A stretch of DNA of 64,000 nt from an uncultured Gammaproteobacteria bacterium. Its GTDB lineage: Bacteria > Pseudomonadota > Gammaproteobacteria > UBA9214. The notes beneath the pieces were generated by a model, which was given only the letters and a program-made list of their open reading frames with translations, was not told the origin of the DNA and ran no database searches. The position numbers were made by a program, and so were the translations under genes. The DNA lies in NCBI GenBank assembly GCA_963827755.1, contig CAWHCQ010000013.1:86619-150618 (forward strand). Direction: 5' to 3'. Of the stretch, positions 51,650-61,949 are shown piece after piece. Every line of letters begins with the position of its first letter. Within the stretch, counting starts at the first letter, position 1.

Positions 51650-52216
51650 ATGGAAACCGGGACGACAGTTTTTCGCGATATCCACGGTCTTGACGCGATC
51701 CCCTTGTGGCCGCTGGCGCCGGGCTGGTGGTATCTGCTCGCCCTGGTTTGTCTGGTGGTGCTGCTCATCGGAATCAGGTACTGGTTGTTTTATAACGCCG
51801 GCTGGCTTGGCTGGCGTGGCGATGCACGCCGTCAATTGCGCGATCTGAAAAAGGCCCTGCCCGATGAAGACCCTCACGTGGTTGCCGGCAGATTATCTGA
51901 ACTGCTGCGCCGGATCGCCCTGGTGCGCGGCGGGCACCGGGAGGCAGCCGGTCTGACGGGCGACAGCTGGCTGCACTGGCTGGTGGAGCATGACAACTCG
52001 GGGTTTGACTGGGAGCGGCATGGACAGGTACTGCTGACGGCACCCTACATGCCGCCGGCGATGTCTGTCGAGCGCGATGAACTGGCCAGCCTGATTCGTG
52101 CGGCCACCCGCTGGATCGACGCATCCCGGCCCGCAGCGCGGAAAACGGCCTGGGCGCAGCGGCTCAAGGGTCTGCTCTCGGGCGCTCTCGCTAAAGCAGG
52201 GGTAAGCCGTGTTTAG
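51650..52216 (+). CDS. DUF4381 domain membrane protein
   Basis: RDIH, WPLAPGWW, LLRRIAL, AGLTGDSWL.WL. Confidence 0.88.
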   Translation: METGTTVFRDIHGLDAIPLWPLAPGWWYLLALVCLVVLLIGIRYWLFYNAGWLGWRGDARRQLRDLKKALPDEDPHVVAGRLSELLRRIALVRGGHREAAGLTGDSWLHWLVEHDNSGFDWERHGQVLLTAPYMPPAMSVERDELASLIRAATRWIDASRPAARKTAWAQRLKGLLSGALAKAGVSRV

Positions 52217-53246
52217 TTTCCACGCCCCCTGGTTTGCGCTGTTGTTGCCGTTGCCGTTGCTTATCTGGAAGTTCTGGCGCAAGCCGCACGGGGCGACGGA
52301 TGCCTATACCCATGCGGACCGCTCGACCCTGTTGCATCCGGCACTGGGAAGGCTTGCGTCAACCTTTGTCGCCTCGCGCTCGCTCACGCATGCCGGCAGC
52401 CGCCTGCAGATAATCATGCTGGCACTCTTGTGGACCGCACTGGTGGTGACGCTGATGCAGCCGCAATGGCTTGAGCCCTATACGGAAATCCGCACCGAAG
52501 GTTATGACCTGATGCTAGCCGTCGATACCTCGCGTTCCATGGAGGCGCTGGACTTCAGCGTCGAGGGCCGCCAGGTCACGCGCATGGCGGTGGTCAAGGG
52601 TGTTCTGGGCCGCTTCATCAAGGCGCGTGACGGCGACCGGGTCGGTATCGTCGTCTTTGGCAGCCAGGCCTTTGTACTGTCGCCAATGACGCTGGACCTG
52701 CAGGCCGTGCACAGTTTGCTGGACGGCATCGTCACGCGCATGGCAGGTAACGGTACGGCCATTGGTGATGCCATCGGTATCAGCGTGAAAAAATTGCGCG
52801 AACGTCCGGAAGGCTCGCGCGTGCTGATACTGGTCACCGATGGCGAGAATACAGAGGGCAGCATGCCACCCGTCCTGGCCGCCCAGCTTGCCGCCCATGA
52901 GGGTATCCGCATCTACACCATTGGCGTAGGCAGCAAGGGGCTGGTGCCGTTTGTCGAGGATGGCCAGATGACCCGGGTGAAGATGGAGATCGACGAAGAC
53001 TTGCTCACCGAGGTGGCGGCCATTACCGGCGGTGCCTACTTTCGCGCCACCGACACCGGTGCTCTGGAGAAGATCTACGAGCAGATCGATGCCCTGGAAA
53101 AAACGCAGGCCGAATCACGCAGCGTGATGATTCCGCGGCCATTGTACCGCTGGCCGCTGGGGCTGGCCTTGCTGCTGCTGTTCCTGCTGGGCCTGTTCCC
53201 GAACGGTATTCCGCGCGCCTGGTTTACGAGGCATGCCGATGGATGA
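52209..53246 (+). CDS. BatA-like VWA domain membrane protein
   Basis: DTSRSM MIDAS motif, DRVGIVVFG, GTAIGDAI, TDGENT, IYTIGVG. Confidence 0.92.
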   Translation: MFSFHAPWFALLLPLPLLIWKFWRKPHGATDAYTHADRSTLLHPALGRLASTFVASRSLTHAGSRLQIIMLALLWTALVVTLMQPQWLEPYTEIRTEGYDLMLAVDTSRSMEALDFSVEGRQVTRMAVVKGVLGRFIKARDGDRVGIVVFGSQAFVLSPMTLDLQAVHSLLDGIVTRMAGNGTAIGDAIGISVKKLRERPEGSRVLILVTDGENTEGSMPPVLAAQLAAHEGIRIYTIGVGSKGLVPFVEDGQMTRVKMEIDEDLLTEVAAITGGAYFRATDTGALEKIYEQIDALEKTQAESRSVMIPRPLYRWPLGLALLLLFLLGLFPNGIPRAWFTRHADG

Positions 53247-54276
53247 GCTGCTGAGCGCCTTTCATTTCAGCGAGCCGGCCTGGTTGTGGGCATTGCTGCT
53301 ATGTGTCCCGGTGGCCCTGTGGCTGCTGCTGACTGCACGCGTGGGCAAGCACAATGAGCGCCTGCGGCTGTATGCGGACAGCAAGCTGTTGCCGCACCTG
53401 TTGGGCCGATCCGAAACTTCTGCGACGACACAGTGGCGGAGGTATGCGCGCTGGGCGCTCGTATGGATACTGCTGGTGCTTGCCATGGCAGGACCGCGCT
53501 GGGACTTTACCGATGTGCAACTGTTCCGTCCGGGCACAAACCTGGTGGTATTGTTTGATATCTCGCGCTCCATGAACGTGGCCGACGTACAGCCCACTCG
53601 CGTGGCGCGTGCCCAGCAGGAACTGGCAGACCTGCTGGATCGCAATCGCGGCATTCGCATCGGCGTCATCGGCTTTGCCTCGATTGCCCATGTGGTTGCC
53701 CCGGTGACCGAGGACATGAACAGCATCCGCCGGGTATTGCCCGCACTCAATAGCGAGCTGGTGCAATTGCAGGGCAGCCGACTGCTGAATGCACTTGATC
53801 GGGCCGCCGGGTTACTCGCGGGCCAGCCGGCGGGCAGTGTCAATTCAGTGCTGATCATCACGGACGGTGACTTCGATGAGCCCGATCTGGTGCCACGCCT
53901 GCAGGCATTTGCTGCGGAGAATGTACGTGTTCATGTACTCGGTATCGGTACACCCGAAGGCGATGCCGTCCCCGACAGGAATGAAGTCTGGATTCGTGAC
54001 AGAGACGGGCAGGTCGTCATATCGGCGCTGAATGAGCCGTTGCTGAAAATGATGGCAGAGGCCGGCGGCGGCATCTACCAGAGGGCCGATTACCGGCAGC
54101 GGGATACCGACCGGATCCTTGATGAAGTGAAGGCGCAGGCGCTTCCCGGGGGGGATGCCGAGGAGCGTACCCGGGTCTGGAATGAGCGTTTCTACTGGCT
54201 TGCGGGTGTCGCACTGTTGCTGTTGCTGCCGTTGTTTCGCCGCACGATGCCCGGCTCCCAGGTACGCAGGGCATGA
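53233..54276 (+). CDS. BatB-like VWA domain membrane protein
   Basis: LAMAGPRW, DISRSM..DVQPTR, P.TED, ITDGD, GIGTPEG. Confidence 0.9.
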   Translation: MPMDELLSAFHFSEPAWLWALLLCVPVALWLLLTARVGKHNERLRLYADSKLLPHLLGRSETSATTQWRRYARWALVWILLVLAMAGPRWDFTDVQLFRPGTNLVVLFDISRSMNVADVQPTRVARAQQELADLLDRNRGIRIGVIGFASIAHVVAPVTEDMNSIRRVLPALNSELVQLQGSRLLNALDRAAGLLAGQPAGSVNSVLIITDGDFDEPDLVPRLQAFAAENVRVHVLGIGTPEGDAVPDRNEVWIRDRDGQVVISALNEPLLKMMAEAGGGIYQRADYRQRDTDRILDEVKAQALPGGDAEERTRVWNERFYWLAGVALLLLLPLFRRTMPGSQVRRA

Positions 54277-56099
54277 GGCGCTGCCTGGCATTACAGGCCG
54301 GGATGGTGATAGTCCTGTCAATGTGCATGACGGTTGCCGATGCATCCTTGTTCAGGAATGCGGAGCAGGATGCAGCACAGAAATACCATGAGGGTGAATA
54401 CGACAATGCCGCGAAAGGTTTCAAGGATACCTACCGGCGCGGTGTTGCACTCTACCGTGCCGGACGTTACACCGATGCCGGCGAGGCCTTTGAACAGGTC
54501 GAACGCAAGGAAGTCAAACCGGATGCGCTGTATAACCTGGGCAACAGCCGCTACAAGCGCAGCGATTATGCGGGTGCCGTTGACGCCTACAAGGCCGCCC
54601 TGGCACTGCGACCGAAAGACGAGGACACCCTGCACAATATGGCGCTGGCAAAGAAGATGCTGGAGCAGACCATAATCGAAGAGTTGCAGGAAGAGGAGCA
54701 GCAGGAAGAGGAGCAGCAGGAAGAGGAGCAGCAGGAAGAGGAGCAGCAGGAAGAGGAGCAGCAGGAAGAGGAGCAGCAGGAAGAGGAGCAGCAGGAGTCC
54801 GAAGAGTCCTCGGGTGAAGAGGAGCAGGAGTCCGAAGAGTCCTCGGGCGAAGAGGAGCAGGAGTCCGAAGAGTCCTCGGGCGAGGAGGAGCAGGAGTCCG
54901 AAGAGTCCTCGGGCGAGGAGGAGCAGGAGTCCGAAGAATCCTCGGGCGAAGAGCAGCAGGAGTCCGAAGAATCCTCGGGCGAGGAGCAGCAGGAGTCCGA
55001 AGAATCCTCGGGCGAGGAGCAGCAGGAGTCCGAAGAATCCTCGGGCGAGGAGCAGCAGGAGTCCGAAGAATCCTCGGGCGAGGAGCAGCAGGAGTCCGAA
55101 GAATCCTCGGGCGAAGAGCAGCAGGAGTCCGAAGAATCCTCGGGCGAAGAGCAGCAGGAGTCCGAAGAATCCTCGGGCGAAGAGCAGCAGGAATCCGAAG
55201 AGTCCTCCGGTGACCAGCAGCAGGAGTCGGAGGAATCCTCGGGCGATCAGCAGCAGGAGTCCGAAGAGTCCTCGGGCGATCAGCAGCAGGAGTCGGAGGA
55301 ATCCTCGGGCGAAGAGCAGCAGGAATCCGAACAGTCCTCCGGTGACCAGCAGGAGGAGTCGGAAGGCTCCTCGGGCGAGGAGCAGCAGGAGTCCGAAGAA
55401 TCCTCCGGCGAAGAGCTGCAGGAATCGGAGGAGTCCTCCGGCGACCGGCAGGAGGAGTCGCAAGCGTCCGCAGGTGACCAACAGCAGGACGCCGAAGAGA
55501 CCGCCGGTGATGAGCCGTTGGATAGCGAGAAATCATCAGGTAATCAACAGGATGACACGGAAGAGTCCGGCGGTGACCAGGGGCAGGACAGCACGACCGC
55601 GGAAGCGGCTGAAGACGCGCCTGAATCCCCGGAAGATCAGCAAAAAGAAGGTGATCTGGACGAGCAAAAGGAGAAAAATGGTGCTAATCTAGACATAGAT
55701 AATACTGATCAGGGCGCCGAGGCAGACGACACCGGCGATACCGGGGGAGGCGCGCAGGAAGAGGAACAGCAGGAAACGGGCGCTATCGCTGATCAGACAG
55801 ACGGTCAGGGCGGACTGCCCGACGAGATATCAGAGGAACAGGCAGCAGCCAGCCAGGCGGTGGACCGATTCGACCAGATGAAATCCGCCGAGGGAGAACT
55901 GGACCAGGAGGCGTCGCAACCCGGCATGCCGGACGAGGACGCCATTCCCGGAAGCGGAGTCTCCATGAGCGTGATGGAGCAATGGCTGGAACAGATCGAG
56001 GGTGACCCGGCCTACCTGTTGCTCAACCAGTTCAGGATAGAAGAACAACAGGAGTACCGGCGCAACGGCCGCCAACTGATGGAAACACGCCCCTGGTAA
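54273..56099 (+). CDS. BatC-like TPR protein with a long acidic repeat linker
   Basis: Signal peptide, TPRs (GVALYRAGRY, ALYNLGN), E/Q/S repeats, conserved tail EQWLEQIEGDP..LL...F...PW. Confidence 0.88.
   Translation: MRRCLALQAGMVIVLSMCMTVADASLFRNAEQDAAQKYHEGEYDNAAKGFKDTYRRGVALYRAGRYTDAGEAFEQVERKEVKPDALYNLGNSRYKRSDYAGAVDAYKAALALRPKDEDTLHNMALAKKMLEQTIIEELQEEEQQEEEQQEEEQQEEEQQEEEQQEEEQQEEEQQESEESSGEEEQESEESSGEEEQESEESSGEEEQESEESSGEEEQESEESSGEEQQESEESSGEEQQESEESSGEEQQESEESSGEEQQESEESSGEEQQESEESSGEEQQESEESSGEEQQESEESSGEEQQESEESSGDQQQESEESSGDQQQESEESSGDQQQESEESSGEEQQESEQSSGDQQEESEGSSGEEQQESEESSGEELQESEESSGDRQEESQASAGDQQQDAEETAGDEPLDSEKSSGNQQDDTEESGGDQGQDSTTAEAAEDAPESPEDQQKEGDLDEQKEKNGANLDIDNTDQGAEADDTGDTGGGAQEEEQQETGAIADQTDGQGGLPDEISEEQAAASQAVDRFDQMKSAEGELDQEASQPGMPDEDAIPGSGVSMSVMEQWLEQIEGDPAYLLLNQFRIEEQQEYRRNGRQLMETRPW
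54690..55587 (+). repeat. Coding tandem repeats: 7 x 15 bp (EEEQQ), then about 20 conserved and about 4 degenerate 33-bp units (ESEESSGEEQQ)
   Basis: Directly visible in both DNA and translation. Confidence 0.95.
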
Positions 56100-56171
56100 A
56101 GCCGGGCATCACTCCCCGGGTTCTATCAACAGGCTGCAGGCATTACCGAAAAAAATGATGAGGAGAATCTC

Positions 56172-57890
56172 TTGAGTCGAGTCAATACTTACTACCTGTG
56201 CATTATCTGCATGCTGACAAGTTTCATGTCCACATCCATCCATGCCGGCGGCATGTCCTTCGGTAACAGCAAATCATCAACAACAACCTCACCCTCTACC
56301 AACAATCGCCCCTGGGGTAATATCGGGACCCCCAAGACTGCAACCATGTACCAGGCTCCTCCGCCACCGGCCGGTTACTATCCGGGCGCCGCACCCAACA
56401 CCGGCTGGTATTCAGCCATGGTACCTCCGGGTGTCGCACCCGGTAACGGCTGGTATGCAGCAGCGTTGCCCGATAACGGCACGGCAACAGCTGCTCTGCC
56501 AGTGGTCGAGGTTGATATACAAGGATCGGTATTTTACGAGCAGCAGAATATAATCTATACGGTCAGCGTCGTCAGCGACGGCAACCTCAAGTCACTGAAC
56601 CCCGAGTTGCCACGCATCGAGGGTGCCGCCCTGGAACAGCTGGACGGCCCGGTTGCCAGTACACGCACCGTTGCGCACAACAACAAACGGCAAATTGTCA
56701 ATACCTATCGCTACAAGGTGATGCCGTTGCGATCCGGCGAACTCGTCATCCCTGCGATCCGCTTTACCGGGACGCACGCACCAGGCAGACAAATGCAAAG
56801 GGGGCCTGGCACCCCGGCATCGACACCCGCCGGCAGTTTCAGTATCGCCGCTGATGAAGCCCTGACTTTTCAGGTGCAGCCGGCCGATCCCGCTGTTAAT
56901 CCCTGGCTGCCGCTGCATGAGCTGACGCTGCAGTCCAATATTTTGCAGGAAGGACCGGCCAAGGCCGGTGAGCCCGTTACCCTGACGCTGGAGCTGAAGG
57001 CAAAAGGTGCGCTGGGCAATCAACTCCCGTCGCTGGCGCGGCAGCTCGAGAGTACGAACTACAGGATTTACCGGGATGCAACCGAAATAAAGAACGGTAT
57101 TTCCGCCGATGGCGCCTACCTGACCGGCAGCCGCACGGAAACCTACACCGTCATCCCGCTTGAGGATGGCTGGATACGCCTTCCCGAGGTGAACCTTGCG
57201 TGGTGGGATGTCGACACACATAGAGCCATGCTTGCCGGGCTGCCCCTGAGCGAGGCCGACAAATTGGCTGCCGCAAACCGGGACTCGGCGCTATCCGCCG
57301 CCGGGCAACCCCTGTTTCCGTTTTATTTCTGGCTGCCGATGATTATCACCCTGTGCCTGCTGGCCGGCTTCTGGCTGGGTGCCTGGCACCGTACCCGTCC
57401 ATTGCTCAAGTCAACCGCTGCCTGGTTGTCCGCACGGCGACATGGCGCCGTGAAGTATGCCAATCGCGTTGGTATCAGATTGTCGCCACCGGGTCTTGTG
57501 AGACGCATGCGCGTGGGTCTTGCCCTGTTGATGCCACGCTCAGTCAAGCTGTGGATGTGTACACGTTGCCTGCACGACGAAGACGATCCGAATACCTGGT
57601 GCACAGAATTCAAGAGTCGTATTTGTGATCACCTCGGCATCCCCGCGCATACACCGCTTAGCCATATTGCCGAGAAAGTCATTGCAGTCAGTCCGCAGGC
57701 GGAACCCGCCAGGCTGCGCGCCCTGGTGCACTCACTGGACGGTGCCATTTATGGCGGTAGCTCGCTTGATTTCCCGGTCTGGAAGCAGGAGCTTGCACAG
57801 CAGCTGCGTCCTCAGCTGTTACGACGTCGCCCTTCGAGAAGACGGCGCAGGAAAGCCATGCTCCCCGAGCTGAATCCGCATTCAGCCTGA
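56172..57890 (+). CDS. BatD-like protein
   Basis: GAGGAG RBS, signal peptide, PLRSGELVIP, WLP...LTL, GEPVT..L.L.A.G, LAWWDV, TM segment, C-terminal LPELNP. Confidence 0.8.
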   Translation: MSRVNTYYLCIICMLTSFMSTSIHAGGMSFGNSKSSTTTSPSTNNRPWGNIGTPKTATMYQAPPPPAGYYPGAAPNTGWYSAMVPPGVAPGNGWYAAALPDNGTATAALPVVEVDIQGSVFYEQQNIIYTVSVVSDGNLKSLNPELPRIEGAALEQLDGPVASTRTVAHNNKRQIVNTYRYKVMPLRSGELVIPAIRFTGTHAPGRQMQRGPGTPASTPAGSFSIAADEALTFQVQPADPAVNPWLPLHELTLQSNILQEGPAKAGEPVTLTLELKAKGALGNQLPSLARQLESTNYRIYRDATEIKNGISADGAYLTGSRTETYTVIPLEDGWIRLPEVNLAWWDVDTHRAMLAGLPLSEADKLAAANRDSALSAAGQPLFPFYFWLPMIITLCLLAGFWLGAWHRTRPLLKSTAAWLSARRHGAVKYANRVGIRLSPPGLVRRMRVGLALLMPRSVKLWMCTRCLHDEDDPNTWCTEFKSRICDHLGIPAHTPLSHIAEKVIAVSPQAEPARLRALVHSLDGAIYGGSSLDFPVWKQELAQQLRPQLLRRRPSRRRRRKAMLPELNPHSA

Positions 57891-58066
57891 CAAGGTTCCA
57901 AATCCCGAAATCCGTTACAACGACCAGGTTCGATGGTTGTTCACTTCAATAAGTTGCGTGGCCACTAACCGGGCGAATCCTGCCAGCGTTGTACGCAGTC
58001 TTGACAGCATCGGTGTGCCGCTGCGGCGTATCGACAGCACAAGCAGCGCGTTGATACTGGTGTAAC

Positions 58067-59737
58067 ATGACGGAAGCCCATTACCTTGCAGACGTACTGG
58101 TCCTGCTGGCGGCGGCGGTTATTGCCGTCCCGGTATTCCAGCGGCTGGGTTTTGGCCCGGTGCTGGGGTACCTCGCGGCCGGCACCATTGTCGGCCCCTG
58201 GGGGCTTGGTCTCATCGATCAGGTCGAGGAAATCCGCCATCTCGCCGAGTTTGGCGTGATCTTCCTGCTGTTCATTATCGGCATAGAATTGAAGCCGGCA
58301 CGCCTGTGGGCCATGCGGCGTACGGTCTTCGGGCTGGGCAGCGCACAAGTCATGCTGACCGGACTGGTCATCGCCGGTCTTGCCCTGTTGCTTGACCAGC
58401 CGCCGGGAACGGCCGTGATCATCGGCTTCGGGCTGGCGCTTTCATCAACGGCGTTTGGCCTGCAGATCCTGACCGAGCGCGTTGAAATGGGGACGGTTTA
58501 CGGTCGGACGGCATTTTCCGTGTTATTGCTGCAGGACCTGGCCGTGGTGCCGCTGTTGACGCTGGTGTCGCTGCTGGCGGCCGATACCTCGCTGCTGGAA
58601 GGCGTCGAATTCGCGATACTGGACGCCGTGCTCGTCATCGCCTTCGTCATCCTCGTTGGCCGGTTTTTCCTGTCACCGTTCCTGCGGCTGGTGGCAACCA
58701 GCCGGGCGGCCGAGGTGTTCACCGCCGCGGCCGTGTTCGCGGTGCTTGGCACGGCGTGGCTGATGGAGGCGGTGGGCCTGTCGCTGGCGGTGGGCGCATT
58801 CCTTGCCGGTTTGATGATGGCGGACTCCAGCTACCGGCACCAGGTAATCGCCGATGTCCAGCCGTTTCGCGGCATCCTGCTGGGCCTGTTTTTCATGGGC
58901 GTGGGCATGTCCATTGATTTTGGCCTGCTGGGCAGGCATGGCGTGTTGATCGCCGGGCTGGTGCTGGGCCTGCTGCTGATCAAGGCCGTCATTCTCTGGG
59001 TCCTCTGCCGGCTCACGGGTGTCGGTATAGCGGATGCGGCACGGGTATCGCTGCTGCTGTCCCAGAGCGGGGAATTCGGCTTCGTGCTCTTCGGACTGGC
59101 TGCCATCAGCGGTGTTATGCCGGCGGATCTTTTCCACCTGCTGACGCTGCTGGTGGCGCTCACCATGGTCACTACGCCGCTGATGGCGAATCTCGGTGAA
59201 TATATCGACAGGAAGCTGACCAGGGCAGCAGACCGGCACGATGTCAGTACCGAGCATATTGATGCCGGGCAGCCGCATGTCATCATCGCCGGCTTCGGCC
59301 GCGTGGGACAGCGGGTTGCAAATATCCTGCAGGCCGGGAATGTGCCCTATCTCGCCATCGACAGGAATGCTGACCGCGTGCTGGAAGGCAGGCGGGACGG
59401 ATTCCAGGTCTTCTATGGCGATGCCAGTCATGTCGATGTGCTGAAGGCGGCAGGTGCAGGGGATGCCAGCGTGCTGGTATGTACGCTGGACCAGGCCGTT
59501 TCTGCCAAGCGGCTGGTCAATATCCTGCGACAGCATTACCCGGACATCGCTATCCATGCACGCGGGCGTGACCGGCGAAACTGTGATGAATTGTTGAAGG
59601 CCGGGGCGACCATCGTCATCTCGGAAACACTGGAATCAAGCCTGCAGATCGGCGCGGCGGTACTCAATACCATGGGTGTCTTTGAAGATGATGCCGCAAT
59701 GCTGATCGAGTCTTCACGCCAGGAGTATTATGGATAG
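58067..59737 (+). CDS. CPA2 K+/H+ antiporter with TrkA-N (KTN) domain, KefB/KefC-like
   Basis: LGYLAAG...GP, AEFGV, LSSTA, LLLQD, SQSGEFGFV, GFGRVGQ, YGDAS. Confidence 0.92.
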   Translation: MTEAHYLADVLVLLAAAVIAVPVFQRLGFGPVLGYLAAGTIVGPWGLGLIDQVEEIRHLAEFGVIFLLFIIGIELKPARLWAMRRTVFGLGSAQVMLTGLVIAGLALLLDQPPGTAVIIGFGLALSSTAFGLQILTERVEMGTVYGRTAFSVLLLQDLAVVPLLTLVSLLAADTSLLEGVEFAILDAVLVIAFVILVGRFFLSPFLRLVATSRAAEVFTAAAVFAVLGTAWLMEAVGLSLAVGAFLAGLMMADSSYRHQVIADVQPFRGILLGLFFMGVGMSIDFGLLGRHGVLIAGLVLGLLLIKAVILWVLCRLTGVGIADAARVSLLLSQSGEFGFVLFGLAAISGVMPADLFHLLTLLVALTMVTTPLMANLGEYIDRKLTRAADRHDVSTEHIDAGQPHVIIAGFGRVGQRVANILQAGNVPYLAIDRNADRVLEGRRDGFQVFYGDASHVDVLKAAGAGDASVLVCTLDQAVSAKRLVNILRQHYPDIAIHARGRDRRNCDELLKAGATIVISETLESSLQIGAAVLNTMGVFEDDAAMLIESSRQEYYG

Positions 59738-60272
59738 CCCGGTGGCGGTTACCTTGAGCCGCAGTCCGCGCAGAAAATCGAGGTAGACCGGCTTCTCCCA
59801 TTCGCGGCCGCCGAGTGCCTGGTAGCGGATGTGCCCATTCGGGTCGACGAGGTAGCTTGCCGGCAGGCCGCGGGGTTGCCATGCCTCGGTGACCTGGCCG
59901 TCGAGGTCCATGAGCGGCATCAGCTCCGGTGCGACGATGCCGAGGAAGGTGAACACCTCGTCTTCGGTTTCCGCGGTGTTGACGAGGATAAATTCGATGC
60001 CGCTGTCTGCGAGGATGTCCGTCATCTTCTGGATACTCGGGCATCTCCCGGCGGCAGGGGCCGCACCAGCTGGCCCAGAAATGCACGAACACCCAGTGGC
60101 CACGGCTGTCGGCAAGGTTGTAGGCCTCGCCATCGAGATCATCCAGTTTCAACGCCGGCGCCGGTACGCCATCGATATGCATCACGCCGGGCGGCAGTTC
60201 AGAGGCAAGGCTGTTGAGCGTGAGACAGGCCAGCAACAGCAACAGGCAAATGTTGATGGTTCCCGCCTTCAT
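59714..60272 (-). CDS. TlpA/ResA-like thioredoxin, +1 frameshift at about 60040
   Basis: Signal peptide, FWASWCGPCRREMP, then SIQKM...RGLPASYLVDPNG..GGREW in the next frame (ATG CCC GAG T vs expected ATG CCG AGT). Confidence 0.85.
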
Positions 60273-60856
60273 GGGCCTGCTCCGTTCTTCGGGCATTGAA
60301 TGTTTTCAAAGCGGGTGACCTGCATGCCGCTACGCTTGTTTTGACCGATGTAAAAGTGTGCTTCAAGGTCAAATGATTCGGTCGTGCCGGGGAACACGAT
60401 GTTGCCGCCCACCGGTTCGCCGGGTTGCAGGTCGCGCACCAGCGGCAACTGGGTCCAGCCAAAGGTGGAACGCTTCGCCAGGGGCAGGTCAATCTCGTCC
60501 CATTGTGCTTTCCAGTAATCACGGTCAAGGCGGGGCAGCGGCTTGTTATCGCTGGTGATTTGCCAGTTTTCCTGTTCCAGCCAGATGGTCGACTGACTCT
60601 TGTTCTCAATGTGCACGGTAACAAAGCAGGTGTTGGCGATGCGTTCAATGGCAGCGCGCGGAAACCCGCGGGCCTCGTAGAAGGCCGCCATCTGTTCGGG
60701 TGTGCGCGGAATCAGGATAACCAGCAACTGGTCATTTTCGACAAACGGACCCGGGTAGGGCTTGTCTCTTGCAAAGGTGCTGCTGCAAACCAGTACACTG
60801 AAAACAACAGCGGCCAGGGAGTGGATTCTCAGCAGATATTGTATTATGGGTCGCAT
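60269..60856 (-). CDS. Exported hypothetical protein
   Basis: Signal peptide; RTPEQMAAFYEARGF, FGWTQLP, DLQPGEPVGGN; ATGA overlap with the TlpA gene. Confidence 0.75.
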   Translation of the reverse strand: MRPIIQYLLRIHSLAAVVFSVLVCSSTFARDKPYPGPFVENDQLLVILIPRTPEQMAAFYEARGFPRAAIERIANTCFVTVHIENKSQSTIWLEQENWQITSDNKPLPRLDRDYWKAQWDEIDLPLAKRSTFGWTQLPLVRDLQPGEPVGGNIVFPGTTESFDLEAHFYIGQNKRSGMQVTRFENIQCPKNGAGP

Positions 60857-60926
60857 ACCGTCACCTTTGACAGCTACACATGACTATTGTTTCGAGTGTG
60901 CACAGATTGAAACAGGAGAACAAGTT

Positions 60927-61949
60927 ATGCCAGGAGTAATTGCGCTGTTCCTTGCGTGCCTGTTGTGTATGCCCCTGGCGCTGGCTGACGCAGCGACCGC
61001 GGTCGGTACCCAGCGCCCGGTCAACACCTATTCCATCGTGGCACGTGACCCGGAAACCGGGCAACTGGGCGTGGCGGTGCAGTCGCACTGGTTCTCGGTG
61101 GGTGCGCTGGTCCCCTGGGCCAGGGCCGGCGTGGGCGCGGTGGCGACGCAGTCATTTGTCGATGTGCGTTACGGGGTCGAGGGGCTGGAGTTGATGCAGG
61201 CCGGCAAGCGTGCGCCGGATGCCCTCAAACAGCTGCTCAGGCAAGATCCGACGCCCGGGGTGCGCCAGGTCGGCATGATCGACGCCCGGGGCAACATTGC
61301 CCAGCACACCGGGGCACAGTGTATTCGGCATGCCGGGCACATGAGCGGCGAAAATTTTGCCGTGCAGGCCAACCTGATGATAAACGAGGGGGTGCCGGAG
61401 GCCATGGCCAGGGCCTTCAGCCGCGCAAAGGGGCCGCTTGCCGGGCGCATGCTGGTGGCGCTGGAGGCGGCCCAGCAAGCGGGCGGTGACCTGCGCGGCA
61501 AGCAATCGGCGGCTATCCTGGTGGTCAAGGGTGCCTCGTCAGGCCAACCCCGGGCAGACCGGCTGGTTGACTTGCATATCGAGGACAGTCCGCAGCCGCT
61601 GGTCGAGTTGCGCCGCCTGCTGAAACTGAATAACGCCTACGCGCACATGAACAACGGTGACCATGCGCTGGAAAGCGGCGACGTGGACAGGGCGCTTGCA
61701 GAATACGGGCGTGCGCAGGCCCTCTACCCGGACAATCTCGAGATGAAGTTCTGGCATGCCGTGTCACTGGTCAATGCCGGACGGGTCGATGCGTCACTGC
61801 CGATTTTCGAGGCAATCTTTTCCCGGGATGCACACTGGCGTGAGCTGCTGTTACGCCTGGCCGATGCCGGTCTGCTGGACGCGGACCAGGCGGTGCTCGA
61901 CCGTGTTGCCGGTCCCGTATCACAACAGGAGGTAGTGGGTTATGAATAG
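60927..61949 (+). CDS. DUF1028 (Ntn-hydrolase-like) exported protein with C-terminal TPR
   Basis: CAGGAG RBS; TYSIVARDPETGQLGVAVQS, GAVATQ, GGDLRGKQSAA. Confidence 0.88.
   Translation: MPGVIALFLACLLCMPLALADAATAVGTQRPVNTYSIVARDPETGQLGVAVQSHWFSVGALVPWARAGVGAVATQSFVDVRYGVEGLELMQAGKRAPDALKQLLRQDPTPGVRQVGMIDARGNIAQHTGAQCIRHAGHMSGENFAVQANLMINEGVPEAMARAFSRAKGPLAGRMLVALEAAQQAGGDLRGKQSAAILVVKGASSGQPRADRLVDLHIEDSPQPLVELRRLLKLNNAYAHMNNGDHALESGDVDRALAEYGRAQALYPDNLEMKFWHAVSLVNAGRVDASLPIFEAIFSRDAHWRELLLRLADAGLLDADQAVLDRVAGPVSQQEVVGYE

Noticed and set aside
54795-55455. 33-bp repeats as a possible CRISPR array
   Set aside because: Head-to-tail with no unique spacers, in frame within a CDS, and no cas genes.
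54318-55692. Long Leu/Phe-rich, Pro/Arg-rich and Arg/Ser-rich ORFs (387, 340 and 292 aa)
   Set aside because: Alternative-frame and antisense shadows of the 15/33-bp repeat in the BatC-like gene.
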